Shown: positions 23,794 through 34,393 of the stretch, in pieces
Numbering within the stretch: position 1 is the first letter of the stretch
Layout: every line of letters starts with the position of its first letter
Source of the DNA: Ruthenibacterium lactatiformans
GTDB taxonomy: Bacteria > Actinomycetota > Coriobacteriia > Coriobacteriales > QAMH01
Length of the DNA: 64,000 bases
Direction of reading: 5' to 3'
Assembly (NCBI GenBank): GCA_963614215.1
Contig: CAVECB010000001.1
Location: forward strand, 38,604 to 102,603
Program-made: the position numbers and the translations under genes
The notes under the pieces: model-generated
The model's database searches: none
Told to the model about the DNA's origin: nothing
Seen by the model: only the letters and a program-made list of their open reading frames with translations

Positions 23794-23880
23794 TGGTGCG
23801 GGCGAGAGGATTTGAACCTCCACGGGGCTAAGCCCCACTGGCACCTGAAGCCAGCGCGTCTGCCGTTCCGCCACGCCCGC
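23794..23880 (-). tRNA. tRNA-Leu (anticodon CAG)
   Basis: The 87-nt sequence folds by hand. Acceptor GCGGGCG/CGCCCGC, anticodon arm CTGGC-TTCAGGT-GCCAG, a long variable arm, T arm with GGTTCAAATCC, and an encoded CCA. Confidence 0.9.
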
Positions 23881-23933
23881 AAGCCGTGTGCGTGAAAACG
23901 CGAAGACGAATACTAGCACAGATTTTGGTGGCG

Positions 23934-24014
23934 TATAATGGAGGTTCGATTTTTCTCGAGATTTTTATCGGTAAATTTCGGCAAAGCCCTTTTCCCGCAG
24001 CCTGCGGGGTTTTT
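23934..24014 (+). promoter_or_regulatory. consensus -10 (TATAAT) plus an intrinsic-terminator-like hairpin in the citrate synthase leader
   Basis: TATAAT lies at 23934-23939. CCCGCAG-CC-TGCGGGG (23994-24009) followed by TTTTT (24010-24014) ends 16 nt before the ATG at 24031. The interval is conspicuously AT-rich. Confidence 0.45.
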
Positions 24015-24030
24015 AGAAAGCAGGTAGACG

Positions 24031-25452
24031 ATGGCAGATATGCGCGAGTTGGCCGAGGTGAGCAAGAACTTCGGTGCATATAGCGGCTACGACGAGCGCT
24101 ACTACGACCATTTCAACGTCAAGCGCGGCCTGCGCAACGCCGACGGCACGGGTGTGGTTGCCGGCCTGACCTCCGTCTCCAATGTGCACGGCTATCTCAC
24201 CGACGAGGGCGTGAAGATTCCCGACGAAGGGCGCCTGACCCTGCGCGGCTACGACATCGCCGAGCTGGTGGACGCGGCGGTGGCCGAGCAGCGCCCCGGA
24301 TTCGAGGAGCTGGCCTACCTGCTATGGACGGGCGATTTGCCCGAGCGTGCCCAGCTCGAGCGCTTCAGCGCCGACATCGACGCCTACCGCGACCTGCCCT
24401 ACGGCTTCGTCAACAACCTGATTATGAACTACCCGTCCAAAAACGTGATGAACATGGCCGCACGCAGCGTGCTCATGCTCTACGCCGACGACCCCGACAC
24501 CGAGCTGGACACCATCGACCCTGCCCACGAAGTGCAGATTGCCACGCAGGTTCTAAGCCGCCTGCCGCGCCTTTGCGTGCTCAGCTACCTGGCCGAGCGC
24601 CAGCGTGCGGTCGAGGGCGCCGCCATGTACATCAACCCGCCCAAGCCCGGGCTGTCCACGGCCGAGACCGTGCTGCACATGCTGCGCCACGACATGTCCT
24701 GGACGCCCGAAGAGGCGCGCATGCTCGACATCATGCTCATGCTGCATGCCGAGCACGGCGGCGGCAACAACTCCACCTTCACTGTGCGCGTCCTAAGCTC
24801 CAGCGGCACCGACGCCTACAGCGCCTACGCGGGCGGCATATGCTCACTGAAAGGCCCCAAGCACGGCGGCGCGAACATCAAGGTGGCCGCGATGCTGCGC
24901 GATTTGGCCGACACGGTGGGCGAGGGCGCCGACGACGGGCAGGTGGCCGACTATCTGCGCCGTGTGCTGCGCCGCGAGGCCTTCGACGGCACGGGGCTGG
25001 TCTATGGCATGGGGCATGCGGTCTACACGAAATCCGACCCGCGCGCCCGTATCTGCAAGAAGTACGCGCGCAAGCTGGCCGAAGGCACGGAACATGAGGC
25101 ACGCTTCGAGCTGATTGATGCCGTGGAGCGCCTGGCGCCGCAGGTGTTTGCCGAGGAGAAAGGCTCGGCCAAGACGATTTGCGCCAACATCGACATGTAT
25201 TCCGGGCTGGTCTACACGATGCTCGGCATCCCGGAGCGCCTCTTCACCCCGCTGTTTGCCGTGTCGCGCATCGCGGGCTGGGTCGCGCACCGCTTCGAGG
25301 AGCTGGTCGAGGGGCGGCGCATCATCCGTCCTGCGTACAAGTCCATCTACGAGCGCCGTGCCTACGTGCCCATGGATGCGCGCGGCGGCGGCGACCCGGC
25401 GCAAAAACGCAGCGACCTGCCGGCGGAGCAAGGGGATTTCTACAGTGATTGA
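24031..25452 (+). CDS. gltA: citrate synthase
   Basis: LHAEHGGGNNSTF, LKGPKHGGAN and YGMGHAVYTKSDPR correspond to the catalytic His/His/Asp-region motifs of the citrate synthase family. Confidence 0.88.
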   Translation: MADMRELAEVSKNFGAYSGYDERYYDHFNVKRGLRNADGTGVVAGLTSVSNVHGYLTDEGVKIPDEGRLTLRGYDIAELVDAAVAEQRPGFEELAYLLWTGDLPERAQLERFSADIDAYRDLPYGFVNNLIMNYPSKNVMNMAARSVLMLYADDPDTELDTIDPAHEVQIATQVLSRLPRLCVLSYLAERQRAVEGAAMYINPPKPGLSTAETVLHMLRHDMSWTPEEARMLDIMLMLHAEHGGGNNSTFTVRVLSSSGTDAYSAYAGGICSLKGPKHGGANIKVAAMLRDLADTVGEGADDGQVADYLRRVLRREAFDGTGLVYGMGHAVYTKSDPRARICKKYARKLAEGTEHEARFELIDAVERLAPQVFAEEKGSAKTICANIDMYSGLVYTMLGIPERLFTPLFAVSRIAGWVAHRFEELVEGRRIIRPAYKSIYERRAYVPMDARGGGDPAQKRSDLPAEQGDFYSD

Positions 25453-25545
25453 CGCGTGTGCAACGTGCGGGGCCTTAGCCCCTCGCCAAGCAGCGCTTTG
25501 TGGTAAAAGCTATGGTGGAAACGCGGCAAGAGGAAGACGAGAGCC

Positions 25546-26238
25546 ATGATTGAAGAATACGACTTGTCCACGAGCGAAGGCAGGAAAGAGGCGGCCGGGG
25601 CGGCCGGGGCGCACAAGGAGATCCTCGAGGAGGCGGCCGAGATGCTGCGCGGGCCTAGCCGCAAGAAGCGCCAGCAGGCCTCGTCGGTGCTCGCGTTTGC
25701 CGCGCAGGAAGACGTTGCGAGCGTGCAGCCGTATGCCGAGGACGTGGCCGATGCCTTGAACCGCCCGGAGGACCAGACGCGCTGGAACGCCCTAAACGCG
25801 CTCGATTTGATGGGCAAGGCGGGCACGCGCTACCCCGACGACGTGCTGGAGGCGGCCGAAGACGCGATGTATGACGAGGATAGCGGCGTGCTGCGCGAGG
25901 CGGCTTTTCGCTTTTTTTGCGGGTACGCGGCCTCGTCGTCGGAGAACTCGGACAAGGTGTGGCCGCGTATCGACGAGGCCATACAGTGCTACCACGGCAA
26001 CCAGGAGTTCGCGCAGATGCTGTCGGTGCTTGTAGACCTGGCGCAAAGCGACGCAATTTCTGACGACGCGCTGCGCGGGCTGGGCACGCGGATGCGCTTT
26101 GATGCGGGCTCGGCCAAGGGCACGCTGGGGATGCGCTCGCGCCAGATTGTCGAGGCTATGCGCTCGCGCGGCTTGGAGTTTGCCGAGGAGCCTGCGGCGA
26201 AAGGCGAACAGGGCGCAAACGACGAAGACGACGAGTAG
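25546..26238 (+). CDS. hypothetical protein, helical-repeat (HEAT-like), acidic C-terminus
   Basis: 230-aa ORF with protein-like composition and repeated helical segments (ALNALDLMG, LREAAFRFF). I recognise no catalytic motif. Confidence 0.6.
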   Translation: MIEEYDLSTSEGRKEAAGAAGAHKEILEEAAEMLRGPSRKKRQQASSVLAFAAQEDVASVQPYAEDVADALNRPEDQTRWNALNALDLMGKAGTRYPDDVLEAAEDAMYDEDSGVLREAAFRFFCGYAASSSENSDKVWPRIDEAIQCYHGNQEFAQMLSVLVDLAQSDAISDDALRGLGTRMRFDAGSAKGTLGMRSRQIVEAMRSRGLEFAEEPAAKGEQGANDEDDE

Positions 26239-26271
26239 GCCGGCTGACGGCGGCGCTACTCCTGTTCATCA

Positions 26272-26733
26272 TTATCTGAAAACTGGATAATTTTCGCGCA
26301 CCTGCGCGAGCCGTTTGCGCAAATGCTCCGTGCGGCCTTTTCGCACGAACGCCCCCGCGTAGTGGATCATCAGCGAGACGGCCTCGCCGCGCCCGTGGAA
26401 CAGCATGGGGTATTTGCCCAGCATGAACTCGACGAACTCGCATGCGCGCACGTCGAGCGTCAGGTGGAGGCGGCGCTGCGCGGGCGGGCTGCTGAGGGAT
26501 TCGAGCGCGAGATAGCGCTGGGCGCGGATTTTCTGCAGGCGCCGCAGGTAGCGCCCGTCGGCGGCCTCCATGTAGACGCCGCGCTCCCATAAAAGCAACG
26601 TCTCGACCAGCTGGCTTGTGCTGCGGTAGCTGGCATCTGCCTTGCGCAGGGCCGACAGCGTCGCGCAGGCCTGCTCCTCGACGGGGGCCTGGAAGCGCTG
26701 CTTTGCCTGCTCGCGCTGAGGTTTTCCTGCCAT
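26272..26733 (-). CDS. hypothetical protein with a possible C-terminal ribbon-helix-helix
   Basis: ORF trimmed to ATG 26731-26733 (MAGKPQREQ). RRLHLTLDVRACEFVEFMLGKY looks like an RHH beta-strand plus helix. This assignment is by eye only. Confidence 0.5.
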   Translation of the reverse strand: MAGKPQREQAKQRFQAPVEEQACATLSALRKADASYRSTSQLVETLLLWERGVYMEAADGRYLRRLQKIRAQRYLALESLSSPPAQRRLHLTLDVRACEFVEFMLGKYPMLFHGRGEAVSLMIHYAGAFVRKGRTEHLRKRLAQVRENYPVFR

Positions 26734-26936
26734 GGGCGCGTCCCTTCCCGCATGCGCGCGCCGCTTCGCATTCATCTTCGCCCCCGCCTTCGCGGGTGGC
26801 GGCCAAAGGGCTTGGGTCGCAGCCGGCCTGCGCGCGTGTCGCACCATAGGTGAAAACTCAAACAATAGTTGCTGGTCTGCGGAGTTTTCCCTTCACTACT
26901 ATAGGTGCCGCCCGGGGGAGAGGCGGTGCGAAACCC

Positions 26937-27665
26937 ATGTACGAACCGTATGCGGTCACAGTCCTGACGACGGAGGAGCGCTGCGATTTTTTCCGTGCGG
27001 CCATCGGGGAGAAGGCGGATTTCCACTTCGACCCCTACGACGCCATACCCTTGCACCTCTTCTTGACCAACGTCGCGCTGAGCGCGGGCAGCGCCGTCGT
27101 GCTCGACGAGGACTATTTCCTGTCCACGGATTCCATGATGCGCGGGCTGCGCGATTTCCTCGACGACGCCGCGCGGCCGGCACGCGAGCTGCACCTCGTG
27201 CTCGTGTGCTCGCACAGGAAGGCAGGCGACGCGCTGCTGCGACGCGTGGTGAGCTATTTCGGCATCTACGACGTGGTCTACGATTGCACGGTGCGCGAGG
27301 CGGCACACGAGACGGCGCGCGTGCTGGCCAGTCCGAACAGGCGCGTAGACGTGCTGGAGCTGTTTCAGGGCGCGCAAAACGGGGGCGAGGCGAGCGATGC
27401 GCGTGCCTTCGAGGGGGTTGATGCACGCGTCTTCGGAGCGGCCGACCTGCGCGTTTTCGACGCGGGCGCGTCCGGCGGGGCTGGTGGGTTCGGCGGTCTT
27501 GACGGACATGGCGAAGCGCTGGCGGGTGCGCGCGGCGGCGGGGCGAGCGCAATCTCTCGGCGCGGCGAGGGCACGTGCGGCGTTGGGCGCGACGGAACCG
27601 ACGTCACCATAGAGCGCAACGGGTTTCGCGTGGACATCAGCCTAAATATCACGCCGATAGTTTGA
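26937..27665 (+). CDS. hypothetical protein (242 aa)
   Basis: ORF 26850-27665 trimmed to ATG 26937 (MYEPYAVTVLTTEE). The N-terminal ~140 aa are alpha/beta-like. The C-terminal region is Gly/Ala-rich and contains three 24-nt tandem repeats (27396-27467). Confidence 0.55.
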   Translation: MYEPYAVTVLTTEERCDFFRAAIGEKADFHFDPYDAIPLHLFLTNVALSAGSAVVLDEDYFLSTDSMMRGLRDFLDDAARPARELHLVLVCSHRKAGDALLRRVVSYFGIYDVVYDCTVREAAHETARVLASPNRRVDVLELFQGAQNGGEASDARAFEGVDARVFGAADLRVFDAGASGGAGGFGGLDGHGEALAGARGGGASAISRRGEGTCGVGRDGTDVTIERNGFRVDISLNITPIV

Positions 27666-27698
27666 AAAACCACGAGCCGTTGATATTCGGCCTATCGT

Positions 27699-28037
27699 AT
27701 GTGGCAGTTCAACACCTATATGTTGAAAATGCGCCCATTGATGGAAAACACAATGGGAGGTCGGTGCGTGGACACGCTGGAGGCCACATCGAAATGCTAC
27801 GCCGTCAGCTTTCGGCGGCACCGCAAACTCAAAAAACTCACCCAGGAGCAGGCCGCCGAGCGGGCGGGCATCTCGCCGCAGTACGTGAGCAAAATAGAGC
27901 GCGGGATGTGCTCTCCCAGCTTGGAGGTGAGCACGCGCCTGGCCGAGGCTTTGGGGGTGAAGCTTGCGACCATCGTCGACATCGGCGACCCCGAGGAATA
28001 CCTCTACGAGTTCGTGATGATGGACGCCTTCGGCTGA
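27699..28037 (+). CDS. XRE-family helix-turn-helix transcriptional regulator
   Basis: LTQEQAAERAGISPQYVSKIERG is a canonical HTH_3/XRE motif. The start is ambiguous, with several in-frame ATGs between 27699 and 27753. Confidence 0.75.
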   Translation: MWQFNTYMLKMRPLMENTMGGRCVDTLEATSKCYAVSFRRHRKLKKLTQEQAAERAGISPQYVSKIERGMCSPSLEVSTRLAEALGVKLATIVDIGDPEEYLYEFVMMDAFG

Positions 28038-28685
28038 GTCTTTTGTGAAGGGGCGCGCCCGCGCGCAATTCTTGCTTGTAAACCGAACAAATGTTCTGTA
28101 TACTTGCGCTTGTGGATGATACCACAGGCGTATTCTTCGCCGCGCATAAACTTGCGCCTGTCCAATGTGTTTTCCGCATCCCATGAGATAGCGAAAACAC
28201 ACGAGACGATTTCGGTTTGCGCTCCGTGCGCGTCCGGGTCTTTGCCTAGGCTTGCCCCGTTGTGATTGAGGCTTCGGGGGAAGCGGGGAAGACATATGTG
28301 CATCTATGTGCCGCGGGCGCCACAGCCCGCAGAAACGCCGGAAGTGATGGAGCGCCTTCACGGCGTCCAAGCCCTCTTCAAGGGCGAGGGCGCGGGCGGA
28401 AGGCGGCATCTGCGAAAACGGGGAAGGACTCGGGGAAGTCTGGCGGAATCGAACGTCGGCGCTTCTCAAAAGGACGGGGTTTTTCGAGAAACGCGGGCGC
28501 GGTCGAAAAAGGGCGCGGGTGCCCGGGACGGGTACCGCGGTGCGGTGCTACGACGCAAGCTCGCCCCCGCATGCCTCGTGTGCGTGGACATCACCATACT
28601 CGTGGCGGTGCTGTGCGCCCTCTACGCGCCCGAGTCCCTGCCCGCGCAGTTTCTCTCCTCGTTTGCGGCGGGGAGGTGAGCGGCG

Positions 28686-31424
28686 ATGGAAAATAAAGAG
28701 CCGATGTTTGCCGAGTACGTCCCCCGCAACCGCCTCGTCTCCGCGATGCTGCAGGACAGAGGTGTGCTGCGCCTGTTGTCCGCGCCGCACGGATTTGGCA
28801 AGTCGATGCTTGCCCACGAATACGGCACGCGCCTTTTTCCACGCGAGAAGCTGGTGTGGGTGGACGCGCGCGCCCCGGAGTTCTTGCAGGCGCTCGACTG
28901 CGGGCGCATCCTTTCTGCCGGCGCGGCTCAAACCTTAGGCGAGGGTTCCCTGGTCGTCATCGACGACATCCCCTACCTCGACGAGCTGCGGGCAAAGACG
29001 CTCTCCGACGGTATAGACGCGCTGCTTTACGCACGTGTGGAAGTTGTCGTCACCACCCTGCCCTCGCATGATGTGCTGCGCTTTTTGCAACCCGATCGTC
29101 TGCTGTTTCGGGCGGGCGATTTGCTCGTGGACCGCGCGGAGTCCGACGCCTTGCACCCGGCGCGCACCCCAGAGGCGGGTTCTTTGCGCGTGCACACGTG
29201 GCGAAACGCCGAAAAGCGCCTGTTCGGACGCGTGCCGGCGGTCTTCTTTTCCGAGAGCGCGGACGCGGCGCAGGCCTGCCTGGCGGGCTTTTTCAGCGAA
29301 AAGCTCCCGCTTGAGACCCTGCGCTGCGTGTTTGCCATGCTGCTTGTGGCTCGCGGGTCTTTCGAGGACCTCGACGTGCTGGGGGTGGGGATGCGCGGCG
29401 AGTGCGAGGCGATGCTGGCCGACGACTACGCCTTCTTAGGGCTTGACGCGACGCAGCGCTGTTTTGAGGCGCCCGACGTCTCGCCGGAAGTGCTGCGTTC
29501 TTGCGTCGAGCAGGCACATGTCTTGCAGGAACTGCTGGGATGCGAGGGCGGGTTTGCTGGACGCGCGCTTTCGCTGTTGATGTCGTCGGGGCAGGTGGAG
29601 CGGGCAGGCGCTGCGCTCGACGTTTTCTTTTCCGACGAGGAGTGTGGCTTGTGGCTCGAAGAGGAAGGCTGGGAGCTGCTCGACCGCGGGGAGTGCGCGC
29701 TTGCCGACAAGCTCTTCGAGCGCTGCCCCGCGCGCCTGCTCGAGGGCAGCCGGCCACTGCTCGCACTACGCGCGTGGGCTTCCGGGCTTGCAGGAGACGC
29801 GCGCGAGGCGGCCTATTTCGCCCGGACGGCGCTGCAAAAGGGCGCCGGCGAGGGGGAAGGCGCGGGCGCCGACGAGGAAGGAGACGCGAGCGAGAGGCTC
29901 GCCTCGGCATGCGCCTACCTGGCCTTGGTCGCTTTCGACGGGGGAGGCCCTGCGCTTTTTGCCAGAGGCAAATACGGCACGGATGCGATGCCGGCCTGCG
30001 CTGCCGATGTGTTTTGCGCCGTCGTCGACGAATGTGCCGACGAGGAGCTGGACGCCGCGTTCGGGCCGTCTGCTTTCGTGCGCAGCGGCGCGCGCGGCAA
30101 GCTGTGCCGCGAGATGGAGCCGTCGCGCCTGCGCAGCTTCGAGGCGCTGCTGACGGCGGGCGAGCAGCGTTTCGGCGACTCGCTGTGGTACCGCCTCTCC
30201 TTGCATTGCCTCCAATCCATGAACAGCGTGAAGGCACGCATGCTCTTGCAGAGCCTCGGCGCTCCCGCCTTGCCGCGGATGCGCCGCCGCGGCCTGTGCA
30301 ACCTCTCCGAGGCACTGCTGGTGTGCGATTTGTGGGAGGGTGGTTATTTCGGCGCGGTCGGCCTGCGCGCTGCGAAGCGAGACCTCGTCTTGCTCGAAGG
30401 CGCGCACAAGGTCTTGTCGCGCGCGGGCACGCTCGCGGGCGCGGAGTTGCACGTGCCGTGGAAGGAGAAAATGGTGAAGCGGGTGGCTGGCACCGGCGTT
30501 TTCGACATACCGGAACCGGTTTTTACGCTGACAGGCGCCGACGCTGCAAAAGGCGCCGCCTCGGCGCCCGCAGCTGCAGGCTCTGGGGCGGTCGGCGCTT
30601 CTGGCGCAGACCTGAGTCTTGCCGCCGTGTCGTCCGCGCAGTCTGTCCCGCTTCTGCACGTGCGCATGTTCGGCGCCTTTGAAGTGGCCGTCGGCGAGGA
30701 CCTCGTGCTCGAATCGCAGTGGCGCAAAAAGCCGCGCCTGCTCTTCATCATGCTCGCGCTGCGCCTGGGCCGCGATGTGACGCGCCAGGAGATATTCGCC
30801 CAGCTGTGGCCGGATTTCGAGCGCGCGCGGGCCTTGGACAATTTCTACAACGCATGGAGCGCGATGCGCCGGGCGCTGGGCAAAGGCCCCTACGTGCAGC
30901 GCAGCGGGGATTTCTGCCACATCGACCGCCGGCTCGTGAAAAGCGACGTAGGCGAGTTTGACCGCCTGACGCGCGAGATATTGGTGGGGCACGGGGAAGG
31001 CCCGGACCTGCTCGACGCGTACTCGCAGGTGGAGGCTGTCTATCGGGGCGGACTTTTGCCCAGCGAGCGCGACAGCGACTTCGTCGACGCGCAACGTGCG
31101 CATTACCAGCAGCTCTTCGTTGACGCGATGGTGGCGGCCAGCTTCAAGGCCATCGAGGGCAAGGACGCGCGCCTCGCGCTGTGGTTTGCCCACAAGGCTC
31201 ACGAGGCCCAACCGCGCCGCGAGGACGTCTACTACGCACTCATCCGCGCCCAGATCGAGGTGGGCCAGCGCTCCTCTGCCGTGCGCAGCTACGAGCAGTG
31301 CCGCAGTTTCCTGCGCGAGGATCTGGGGCTGGACCCCTGCGCGGACGTGCAGGCGCTCTACGACAGGCTCGTGACGGCAGACCCCGCGCTCGTCGGCTTC
31401 ACCGCAGCGCGGGCGTACGGGTGA
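28686..31424 (+). CDS. large regulator: N-terminal P-loop (STAND/MalT-like) NTPase, helical middle, C-terminal OmpR-type wHTH + BTAD (SARP-like) module
   Basis: Walker A APHGFGKS and Walker B LVVIDDIPYLD. The C-terminus reads HVRMFGAFEVAVG...KPRLLFIMLALRLGRDVTRQEIFAQLWPD (wHTH), followed by a BTAD-like helical domain (LLDAYSQVEAVYRGGLLP...YYALIRAQIEVGQRSSAVRSYEQCRSFLREDLGLDP). Confidence 0.75.
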   Translation: MENKEPMFAEYVPRNRLVSAMLQDRGVLRLLSAPHGFGKSMLAHEYGTRLFPREKLVWVDARAPEFLQALDCGRILSAGAAQTLGEGSLVVIDDIPYLDELRAKTLSDGIDALLYARVEVVVTTLPSHDVLRFLQPDRLLFRAGDLLVDRAESDALHPARTPEAGSLRVHTWRNAEKRLFGRVPAVFFSESADAAQACLAGFFSEKLPLETLRCVFAMLLVARGSFEDLDVLGVGMRGECEAMLADDYAFLGLDATQRCFEAPDVSPEVLRSCVEQAHVLQELLGCEGGFAGRALSLLMSSGQVERAGAALDVFFSDEECGLWLEEEGWELLDRGECALADKLFERCPARLLEGSRPLLALRAWASGLAGDAREAAYFARTALQKGAGEGEGAGADEEGDASERLASACAYLALVAFDGGGPALFARGKYGTDAMPACAADVFCAVVDECADEELDAAFGPSAFVRSGARGKLCREMEPSRLRSFEALLTAGEQRFGDSLWYRLSLHCLQSMNSVKARMLLQSLGAPALPRMRRRGLCNLSEALLVCDLWEGGYFGAVGLRAAKRDLVLLEGAHKVLSRAGTLAGAELHVPWKEKMVKRVAGTGVFDIPEPVFTLTGADAAKGAASAPAAAGSGAVGASGADLSLAAVSSAQSVPLLHVRMFGAFEVAVGEDLVLESQWRKKPRLLFIMLALRLGRDVTRQEIFAQLWPDFERARALDNFYNAWSAMRRALGKGPYVQRSGDFCHIDRRLVKSDVGEFDRLTREILVGHGEGPDLLDAYSQVEAVYRGGLLPSERDSDFVDAQRAHYQQLFVDAMVAASFKAIEGKDARLALWFAHKAHEAQPRREDVYYALIRAQIEVGQRSSAVRSYEQCRSFLREDLGLDPCADVQALYDRLVTADPALVGFTAARAYG

Positions 31425-31573
31425 GGCGCGGGCACGGACTGGCATGGAGTGCGCCGCCACTGCAGATGACGGCTCGCCGCCGCATCCGCGCCGCCGCCGT
31501 CTGCCTTGCCTGCCTGTGCTAGAGTGGACGGGTTTTAGACGACATCAGGCGACGACACACGGAGACGGCGAAC

Positions 31574-34375
<2,802 letters not shown>

Positions 34376-34393
34376 GGCGCGAAGGCGGCGAAG

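Noticed and set aside
28004-28303. A 99-aa - strand ORF and a 137-aa + strand ORF (28266-28679) in the gap before the STAND regulator.
   Set aside because: I found no convincing start/RBS or recognisable domain, and the - ORF overlaps the XRE gene's 3' end. They are reported as a finding to check and are not called as features.
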